DNA from: Nitrososphaerota archaeon
GTDB lineage: Archaea; Thermoproteota; Nitrososphaeria; Nitrososphaerales; Nitrosopumilaceae
Direction of reading: 5' to 3'
Length of the DNA: 32,000 nt
Assembly: GCA_021325595.1 (NCBI GenBank)
Contig: JAJPGX010000030.1
Coordinates: 47,824 to 79,823 of the forward strand
Below, in pieces: positions 8,928-15,175 of the stretch. Positions within the stretch are counted from its first letter, which is position 1, and every line of letters begins with the position of its first letter. The notes under the pieces were generated by a model. It made no database searches. It saw nothing but the letters and a program-made list of their open reading frames with translations, and was not told the DNA's origin. Position numbers and translations under genes: made by a program.

Positions 8928-9458
8928 ATGAGCTTATGGCATGATATCGAAGCAGGGCCTGATGTTCCAAAAGTAATTAATGTTATAGTAGAAATTCCAA
9001 AAGGTTCTCAGAACAAATATGAATATGATAAAAAACGAAACGTCATAAAACTTGACAGAGTACTTCATTCCCCATTTTTCTATCCTGGAGATTATGGTAT
9101 AATTCCACAAACATTTGCAGATGATGGTGATCCATTGGATGCATTGGTTTTAGTTACAAATCCAACTTATCCTGGTGTACTAATAGAAGCGCGACCAATA
9201 GGTCTACTTCGAATGAAAGACTCTGGTGATATGGATGATAAGATACTATGTGTGGCAAAAGATGATCCCCGTTATGAAAACGTGCATGATATCTCTGACA
9301 TTCAAAATCATTATCTAAAAGAAGTCTCACACTTTTTTGAAGTATACAAGCAATTGGAAGGAAAGAAAGTGATCATTGTGGGATGGAAGAATGTATCAAG
9401 TGCCAACAAAGCAATACTTGACTCTATGAAACTATATCAAAAAACCTTCAAAAAGTAA
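8928..9458 (+). CDS. ppa: inorganic pyrophosphatase, family I
   Basis: Contains EIPKGSQNKYEYD and DGDPLDALV. The ATG at 8928 is preferred over the track TTG at 8916 because a TATA-like CAATTAAATAAGG box is centred about 25 nt upstream of 8928. Confidence 0.9.
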   Translation: MSLWHDIEAGPDVPKVINVIVEIPKGSQNKYEYDKKRNVIKLDRVLHSPFFYPGDYGIIPQTFADDGDPLDALVLVTNPTYPGVLIEARPIGLLRMKDSGDMDDKILCVAKDDPRYENVHDISDIQNHYLKEVSHFFEVYKQLEGKKVIIVGWKNVSSANKAILDSMKLYQKTFKK

Positions 9459-9508
9459 CTTTTCATACATAGAAAATCGTTTTAAGCTCCTTTTGAAATG
9501 TACTAGGT

Positions 9509-9967
9509 ATGAATGAAGGTGACACAGCACTAGATTTTGAATTGACAGCAAATAACGATAGTGTGGTTAAACTTAGTTCTTTTAAAGGGAAAAAGAACGT
9601 CGTGCTTTGTTTTTACCCAAAAAACCACCTGTTCGCATGTCCATCAAAAAAAGTCTTTAAAATGGCTGAAGCTACCATTGCAGCATACCCAAAAATTCAG
9701 GAATTAGGAGCTGAGCTCTTTGCCATATCAGTTGATACTGTCGAAGATCAGAAAAAATTTGTAAAAGAATACAATGTACCATATCTTCACCTAAGTGACT
9801 CGCGCAAAGTTGTATGCAAAGCATATGCTGGCCTTAACTTGGCAGGTCTTGCAAAACGTTCTACCTTTATTATAAATAAAGAAGGACAGATTGCAAAAAT
9901 TTTCAGAGATGTGAATGCAGAAAAACATGGACAAGAAATAATCCAGTCGTTACAATCTTTACAATGA
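9509..9967 (+). CDS. peroxiredoxin-like thioredoxin-fold protein (Bcp/AhpC-TSA family) with atypical active-site motif
   Basis: 152 aa. FYPKNHLFAC aligns to the Bcp motif FYPKxxTPGC. The Cys and the downstream Arg (KRSTFII) are kept, but the motif Thr position is Leu. Confidence 0.75.
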   Translation: MNEGDTALDFELTANNDSVVKLSSFKGKKNVVLCFYPKNHLFACPSKKVFKMAEATIAAYPKIQELGAELFAISVDTVEDQKKFVKEYNVPYLHLSDSRKVVCKAYAGLNLAGLAKRSTFIINKEGQIAKIFRDVNAEKHGQEIIQSLQSLQ

Positions 9968-10015
9968 GAATTTTTTAGGCATAAATTTTTAAAGATCCGA
10001 AATAAAGTTTGATTC

Positions 10016-10567
10016 GTGCTAGATTTAGTTGCCAAAAAATTATTCCTTACTAGAGGTAAGGGAGTACACCAAGACAGACTGACAAGTTTTGAATACGCTC
10101 TTCGTGATGCTGGCATAGCCGGAACCAATCTTGTATTAATTTCAAGTATTTTTCCACCACATGCAAAGCTCATCTCAAGAGCAGAAGGTCTCAAACTGAT
10201 TAGACCAGGAAGTGTCCAGTTTGTCATATATGCAAAACAGGAAAGCAATGAACCACATAGACTCATGGCAGCCTCCGTAGGAATTGCAGAACCTATGGAT
10301 AAGACAAAATACGGGTATCTTTCTGAATATCACTCGTTTGGTGAGACTGAAAAAGAGGCAGGTGACTATGCCGAAGATATTGCTGCCCAGATGTTGGCCT
10401 CATCGTTAGGAATAGAGTTTGATGTCAACAAGAGTTGGGATGAAAAACGACAACAGTGGAAGATATCTCGTCAAATCTACAAGACACGAAACATTACCCA
10501 AAGTGCAGTGGGAGATCCTAAAGGTAGATGGACAACTGTCTTTGCTGCTGCTGTATTGATACTTTAA
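10016..10567 (+). CDS. pdaD: pyruvoyl-dependent arginine decarboxylase
   Basis: 183 aa with a GTG start. The self-cleavage region NLVLISSIFPP (Ser-Ser) is present. A TATA-like box is centred about 29 nt upstream. Confidence 0.85.
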   Translation: MLDLVAKKLFLTRGKGVHQDRLTSFEYALRDAGIAGTNLVLISSIFPPHAKLISRAEGLKLIRPGSVQFVIYAKQESNEPHRLMAASVGIAEPMDKTKYGYLSEYHSFGETEKEAGDYAEDIAAQMLASSLGIEFDVNKSWDEKRQQWKISRQIYKTRNITQSAVGDPKGRWTTVFAAAVLIL

Positions 10568-10573
10568 AAAAAA

Positions 10574-11746
10574 TTATCTTCTCATGAATAGATAAATTGC
10601 AGCCCCGCCAGCTACTATGATTCCAATTATTACATATGTGGAATAATCAATAGATAACTTTGGTGGAGTTGTGGTATTTGTTGTATTTTCTATGATCTGA
10701 CTTCCTGATGCACTTCCTATGGTCAAATACAAGTCTTTATCAGTAACTGATGTTCCTGTGCCAAACAGATAAACTGCGCCTATCTGGTGTCCACTTTCAG
10801 GATCAAATACCCATCCAGATTTAGTTAAATCAGTTGGTACTTTTTGATTATTTTTAATTTCTGTTGGTGCAAGTGTACCACCATGTCCTGTTATTACAAG
10901 ATTTTCATTTGATAATACTACTACTTGAAATATTGAATTTAGAGGGAAGAATCCAACATTAAAGTAAGATGACTTGTCCAGCTTGTCAACTCCAAACAAT
11001 TGGAGTGGTTTAATCTCTGTAATTTTATTTTTAATTGGAAAATGTTTAGCAACTTGTAATTGATATAGAGACGCGTTTTGTCCTGGGGTTATTGCAAAAG
11101 TTACAGTAGAATTAGCATCCTGTGCCATAGTTTGTGCTACAGAATAAAACCCGCCGTCATCACGTATTTGTTTTGGTATTAGGACAGCAGTTAATCCATC
11201 AAATAGATATGATGACTGGGTGCTCGGCATCGTATATATCACAGAGATTGTTCTGTTTCCAGAAACTACACCTGATGTTCCAAGCACTTTGTTGAGTTCT
11301 GCCTTAGGAGTTACATATACTGAATTAAATTCTGCATTAAGTGAGAATGCTTTGTTTATGTTGTCAATTAATGAATCACCAATCTTGCGAGCACTTGATT
11401 GAATATCTGTAATATTGTATGTTTCAATTAACGCAGGAGATACGATGTTGACTAAAACACAATCTTGGTCTTGAACACCAAGCACGCAATTGTTTGCATT
11501 GGTTATTACCACGGATGTTACATTTGCAGTACCTTGTATTTTCTCATTCAAGTCTGTTGGAACGCGCATCTCTACTGGACTTGTAGATGATAGCGTAATG
11601 AAAGCCGTAGTTTGGTTTTGTACCATCTCGTCAACTAAAATATGTGCAGTTTCACGATATGATGCAAGTTGTGGCTGCTGTGCATATGCTGAAACAGTAG
11701 TTATTACAATTAAACAAGCAAATAATGTTGAAAGTAATATCTTCAT
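10574..11746 (-). CDS. secreted, C-terminally membrane-anchored surface protein (probable glycoprotein), function unknown
   Basis: 390 aa. The N-terminal signal-like sequence is MKILLSTLFACLIVITTVSAYAQQ. There are many N-x-S/T sequons and a Thr/Asn-rich stalk (NTTNTTTPPK). The C-terminal TM segment YVIIGIIVAGGAAIYLF is followed by MRR. Confidence 0.7.
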   Translation of the reverse strand: MKILLSTLFACLIVITTVSAYAQQPQLASYRETAHILVDEMVQNQTTAFITLSSTSPVEMRVPTDLNEKIQGTANVTSVVITNANNCVLGVQDQDCVLVNIVSPALIETYNITDIQSSARKIGDSLIDNINKAFSLNAEFNSVYVTPKAELNKVLGTSGVVSGNRTISVIYTMPSTQSSYLFDGLTAVLIPKQIRDDGGFYSVAQTMAQDANSTVTFAITPGQNASLYQLQVAKHFPIKNKITEIKPLQLFGVDKLDKSSYFNVGFFPLNSIFQVVVLSNENLVITGHGGTLAPTEIKNNQKVPTDLTKSGWVFDPESGHQIGAVYLFGTGTSVTDKDLYLTIGSASGSQIIENTTNTTTPPKLSIDYSTYVIIGIIVAGGAAIYLFMRR

Positions 11747-11778
11747 TGTTTGCCACTTTTGATTTCGAATTATTAAGT

Positions 11779-11934
11779 CTACCCTCTCAGTTTCTCAATC
11801 CTTACTGCAAACCTTTGAAATGGCTCTTCCTTGAAATGTTTCTTACATACAAGTAGGGTTTCCTGTGGATCTGGTCCGCAGTCATAAGTAATCAAATACT
11901 CTGGTTCATTGTTGCAACATCGTGGATATTTCAC
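11779..11934 (-). CDS. 51-aa Cys-rich small protein (putative zinc finger), not in the ORF track
   Basis: GTG start. Translation: VKYPRCCNNEPEYLITYDCGPDPQETLLVCKKHFKEEPFQRFAVRIEKLRG. A TATA-like CTATTTTATTTTC box (minus sense, 11953-11965) is centred about 26 nt upstream. LVCKKHFKEE resembles VLCKEHYKEW of the 70-aa ORF at 18375-18587. Confidence 0.4.
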   Translation of the reverse strand: MKYPRCCNNEPEYLITYDCGPDPQETLLVCKKHFKEEPFQRFAVRIEKLRG

Positions 11935-12007
11935 TTGGTTTAGCTATCCATGTGAAAATAAAATAGGTTGTGGCGTTTTTTGTAAATCCTTTTTATATTT
12001 GCAGAAA

Positions 12008-12040
12008 ACGTACTGAGAATCAAGTCTTTTGAGAGTACGT
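12008..12040. promoter_or_regulatory. inverted repeat ACGTACT-N19-AGTACGT in the intergenic region upstream of the HxlR-type regulator gene
   Basis: The exact 7-nt arms are at 12008-12014 and 12034-12040. Function is unknown. Confidence 0.3.
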
Positions 12041-12185
12041 ATAATAGACTTGACATGAACTCTTGTCTATGCTGTTAAACTCGTTTGGACTTGGTATACG
12101 AAGATACATTCTTTCATTAATTAACTACAGAAAAGTAAGTGTTAAATTGTAAAAAGATTATTTTTCAAATGGAGTGTGACCAGAA

Positions 12186-12593
12186 TTGAAAGAAGAAGAA
12201 TGTAAAGTACTGCTTTCTGCTATGAAGGCATGTCCTATTGATAATACCTTTAAAATCATTGGAAAAAAATTTACCGTGCATATATTACGTAACATGACCA
12301 AACTTGATCAGTGTAGATTTAATCAATTCCTTGATTCAATTGAAGGAATAACTCCAAAGACATTATCTACACGTCTACGTGAAATGGAAAAAAATGGAAT
12401 AATTGAGAAACGTGTCTATACAGGAACTCCAATAAAAATAGAGTACGCTATTACAAAGAAGGGTCTAGCCTTAAGCCCAATTCTTGAGGCAATGGCTAAA
12501 TTTTCTATGCAATACTGTGCAAAAGAAGTTTTCAAAGATGGTAAACCTAGGATCCTAAAAGAGGTTTATGCAAAACCAGCAGATGCGATCTAA
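12186..12593 (+). CDS. HxlR-family winged-helix transcriptional regulator
   Basis: 135 aa. The layout CPIDNTFKIIGKKFTVHILRNM ... ITPKTLSTRLREMEKNGIIEKRVY ... IEYAITKKG is typical of HxlR. The TTG start is supported by an AT-rich box (12151-12165) about 28 nt upstream. An alternative ATG lies at 12222. Confidence 0.8.
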   Translation: MKEEECKVLLSAMKACPIDNTFKIIGKKFTVHILRNMTKLDQCRFNQFLDSIEGITPKTLSTRLREMEKNGIIEKRVYTGTPIKIEYAITKKGLALSPILEAMAKFSMQYCAKEVFKDGKPRILKEVYAKPADAI

Positions 12594-12655
12594 TGTTTAT
12601 CAATGTAGTTAAAACAGTTTCTATATATTAACTTGATATCCTAAACGAAACTTGA

Positions 12656-12672
12656 CTATTTAAATACTATAA
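12656..12672 (+). promoter_or_regulatory. TATA/BRE region of the tfb gene (CTATTTAAATACTATAA)
   Basis: AT-rich box centred about 30 nt upstream of the ATG at 12693. It is nearly identical to the box at 13651-13668. Confidence 0.5.
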
Positions 12673-12692
12673 AGTGTATAGTTACTATACAA

Positions 12693-13634
12693 ATGATAGT
12701 TGATAATAATTCGAAAGCAATGGGAGGGAAATCTCAAGACATATGTTCCACAACTGGAGGTTTGCATGAACCGCTAGTAACTGATAACAATCGTGGCGAA
12801 GTTTTGTGTTCTAGTTGTGGTATTGTAGTAATTGATAAAGTAGAAGATTTGAGTTCAGAATCAAAATCGTACACATTGGAAGAATATAACAACAATACAA
12901 GAACAGGTATGGCCTCAGCATTATCCATTCATGATAAGGGATTATCTACAATAATCGGAAACACGGATAAGGATGCAACTGGACGTTTCATCTCTTCTTA
13001 CATGAAGAGTACCTTTAACAGATTAAGAACATGGGATAGCAGAAGCAAATCAAGCTCACAAGAAAAAAACCTAAGATCAGCGTTTCTTGTTTTGGAAACA
13101 GTAAAGTCAAAACTAGATGTTTCTGATAGTCTAATTGAAAGGACAGCTTATCTGTATAGGAAAGCCTTGACCAAGAACATAACACGTGGGAGAACCATCG
13201 TAGGGATGATTCTTTCTGCATTGTATGTTTCATGCAGGGAGGCAAATGTACCTAGGACTTTACAAGACGTTGCAAATGCTGGAAATATCTCCTTTAAGGA
13301 TCTTTCAAGGCATTATAGAGTATTTGTTAAATCTCTTGAATTGCAAGTTGATTCGTTTACTCCTTCAGAATTTGTATCCAAGATAGGAACTGCAGTAGGT
13401 TTAAGCGAAAAGGCAAAAAGAGACGCCCTTAACATCCTGTATCACGCCCAGAAAAAAGGAATAACTGATGGAAAAAATCCAGTGGCTCTTGCAGCAACTG
13501 CTGTATTTTTGTCAGGGGTGTCAAATGAAGAAAAAATAACCCAGTATAAAATTGCCAGTGCTTCAGGAGTCAGTAGTGTTACGATTAGAAATACTGCCAG
13601 AGTATTGAGGAAGAAACTGGAAATAGACGAATAA
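12693..13634 (+). CDS. tfb: transcription initiation factor B (TFB/TFIIB) paralog with degenerate N-terminal zinc ribbon
   Basis: 313 aa. The B-linker HDKGLSTIIG and two cyclin-like repeats are visible. The second ribbon knuckle is present (RGEVLCSSCG). The first knuckle reads CSTTGGLH instead of CPxCG. Confidence 0.9.
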   Translation: MIVDNNSKAMGGKSQDICSTTGGLHEPLVTDNNRGEVLCSSCGIVVIDKVEDLSSESKSYTLEEYNNNTRTGMASALSIHDKGLSTIIGNTDKDATGRFISSYMKSTFNRLRTWDSRSKSSSQEKNLRSAFLVLETVKSKLDVSDSLIERTAYLYRKALTKNITRGRTIVGMILSALYVSCREANVPRTLQDVANAGNISFKDLSRHYRVFVKSLELQVDSFTPSEFVSKIGTAVGLSEKAKRDALNILYHAQKKGITDGKNPVALAATAVFLSGVSNEEKITQYKIASASGVSSVTIRNTARVLRKKLEIDE

Positions 13635-13650
13635 TCTGCAATACTCTTAA

Positions 13651-13668
13651 CTATTTGAAATACTATAT
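13651..13668 (+). promoter_or_regulatory. TATA/BRE region of the 179-aa gene (CTATTTGAAATACTATAT)
   Basis: Centred about 28 nt upstream of the TTG at 13686. It shares CTATTT-AAATACTATA with the tfb promoter box. Confidence 0.45.
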
Positions 13669-13685
13669 ACTACAAGGGAAACATT

Positions 13686-14225
13686 TTGAACAAAGCCGAG
13701 TCGGAAAATGGTAAATTTCTAGAGGAACTTAAGTCAAACTATAGGAGACGAATTGAGGAAGTAGATGCGTTTTCCAAACATTTCTCTTTGATGTCATCTG
13801 ACTTTAGAACTCAATGTCTGTACAGTGTTCTTGATATGCTTCAGTATTATGTTGAATTGAACAAAAAGTTCACTACTAACATGCCTGATTGGTATGACAG
13901 TAATTTCATGATTGGTCAATCAAAAATGATTACAGAGGCTTGGGCCAGAGCAATTCAAAGCTTTGATCAAGCCTATTCTCAGTTTGCAGATTATTCTATG
14001 AAAAATATGCGGCTGTGCAACAAAAGTTGGATTCAGCTTATGCAGTATGCTGAAAAGTTTTTTGATATGCAAGAAGGAGTGCCAAAGTTCTCTACGCATA
14101 CCATGATTGAGTTAATCAAGGATGCAAAAAAAGTAAATGACGCATTTATTCAAAAACAATTTCCTGCAAGAGACGAAACAGAAGCAAAAAAGAAAAAACC
14201 AGTATTGGAAAAGAAATTAGAATAA
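13686..14225 (+). CDS. hypothetical alpha-helical protein with Lys-rich C-terminus
   Basis: 179 aa with a TTG start at good TATA spacing. No motif I recognise. The C-terminus is ETEAKKKKPVLEKKLE. A T5 run at 14253-14257 lies 28 nt past the stop. Confidence 0.55.
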   Translation: MNKAESENGKFLEELKSNYRRRIEEVDAFSKHFSLMSSDFRTQCLYSVLDMLQYYVELNKKFTTNMPDWYDSNFMIGQSKMITEAWARAIQSFDQAYSQFADYSMKNMRLCNKSWIQLMQYAEKFFDMQEGVPKFSTHTMIELIKDAKKVNDAFIQKQFPARDETEAKKKKPVLEKKLE

Positions 14226-14232
14226 ACCCATT

Positions 14233-14406
14233 TCAAAATGGAAGCGAAGCGATTTTTGTTAGACAGGCTGCCTCAGCATCTGATTTTTCTGTGACATCAT
14301 TTTGACCGTTTTTTAGAATTATCTTGTTATTTTTTAGGTTGATTGAAACTCCGTAGCCACGAAGAAGTTTAACATTGTAGTGGTTTTGTTTACCTTTGAG
14401 AGTCAT
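14233..14406 (-). CDS. 57-aa ORF; N-terminal 40 residues resemble the N-terminal beta domain of archaeal Cas1 (possible gene fragment)
   Basis: Translation: MTLKGKQNHYNVKLLRGYGVSINLKNNKIILKNGQNDVTEKSDAEAACLTKIASLPF. It follows the pattern h-x-G-Y-G-x-x-h-x-h-K-x-N-x-h-h-h-K-x-G. It lies 25 nt downstream of the 127-aa ORF and is not in the ORF track. The resemblance is judged from memory, not from a search. Confidence 0.25.
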   Translation of the reverse strand: MTLKGKQNHYNVKLLRGYGVSINLKNNKIILKNGQNDVTEKSDAEAACLTKIASLPF

Positions 14407-14431
14407 GAGTATTACATATCCAAGTCTAGAA

Positions 14432-14815
14432 TCATTCTTTTGTCACAATGTCATCTAGAAATGATTTTGAACCAATTATTTTTTCGAAATCAAGTTTTTG
14501 TCCAGTGATTGTAGGCCATTGTATTTTTGGTTTTATTGCTCTTGTTACATACCAAACATATTTTGGATGTAATGATTTTTTCACATCTTTATCACTAAGA
14601 AGGCAAAAAACACAATGAAAACATTCTAAATCATGATCTTTTTCACAGAAAAGATAATCATGAACTCTCTGAACTATGACTTTTTCTTTGTTCTCTCTAT
14701 CTAGAATTCCAATTTTTTCAGGTCTAATGGAGAACAATTGTCTCACCAATCGCCTCTTTGTTCTATTGTATTTTGATTGTGAAATCATGTACTCTACAAA
14801 ATCAGTCTTTGTCAT
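14432..14815 (-). CDS. hypothetical protein with central Cys/His cluster
   Basis: 127 aa. The cluster is FCEKDHDLECFHCVFC. A TATAAAAATTT box (minus sense, 14838-14848) is centred about 29 nt upstream of the ATG. Confidence 0.5.
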   Translation of the reverse strand: MTKTDFVEYMISQSKYNRTKRRLVRQLFSIRPEKIGILDRENKEKVIVQRVHDYLFCEKDHDLECFHCVFCLLSDKDVKKSLHPKYVWYVTRAIKPKIQWPTITGQKLDFEKIIGSKSFLDDIVTKE

Positions 14816-15033
14816 ATCAGTACGAGCTCATGTGCAGAAATTTTTATACTCTTCTTCAAATTGTTTTTTGACTAGATCGGGAACTTCTATACTTTCCACA
14901 TTTTCTTTGATCTTTTACTAAACCATAACCTTTACGACCCATAGCAGATTTTTATGCCTAGACTGGGGGGATTCCATTTTTACTCTTTATCAATGAACTC
15001 ATTTGACTCAATAACTCCAGTCTTTCATATGCC

Positions 15034-15115
15034 TTGGTTGGAAATTAGATCTGACAAAGTAATTCAGATTCTGACCAGTTGGTTTAAATTATAATGTTAT
15101 GTATCAAATTCTGAC
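15034..15115. repeat. degenerate tandem duplication (42 nt + 37 nt), each unit bounded by TTGGTTKRAAATTA and CARATTCTGAC
   Basis: Unit 1 (15034-15075): TTGGTTGGAAATTAGATCTGACAAAGTAATTCAGATTCTGAC. Unit 2 (15079-15115): TTGGTTTAAATTATAATGTTATGTATCAAATTCTGAC. TCTGAC occurs three times, at 15050, 15070 and 15110. Confidence 0.5.
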
Positions 15116-15140
15116 ATCGGTTCAAACCGTAGGGGAACAC

Positions 15141-15172
15141 GCCTGGCAGCTGAGGGCGCTTGGCTGTCAGGC
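15141..15172 (-). other. GC-rich stem-loop starting 4 nt after the pepF stop (possible 3'-end structure or small RNA)
   Basis: GCCTGGCAGC / GCTGTCAGGC forms a 10-bp stem with one mismatch, and the loop is 12 nt. It is an isolated GC-rich patch (15119-15172) in AT-rich DNA. No T-run follows it in pepF sense. Confidence 0.35.
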
Positions 15173-15175
15173 AAT

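Noticed and set aside
9787-10266. 159-aa minus-strand ORF spanning the Prx 3' end, the intergenic region and the pdaD 5' end.
   Set aside because: It overlaps two genes with clear family signatures on the other strand and crosses the pdaD promoter box. No recognisable motif.
14954-15094. 46-aa plus-strand ORF (MPRLGGFHFYSL...) and a 28-aa basic minus-strand ORF (start 14942) in the long non-coding stretch.
   Set aside because: Neither has a TATA-like box at the spacing seen for other genes or any recognisable motif. The 46-aa ORF runs through the tandem repeat units. They are most likely chance ORFs.
15119-15175. tRNA-like look of GGTTCAAACC (T-loop-like) followed by GC-rich sequence.
   Set aside because: I could not build a 5-bp T-stem, an acceptor stem or an anticodon arm on either strand. 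I kept it only as a generic GC-rich stem-loop.
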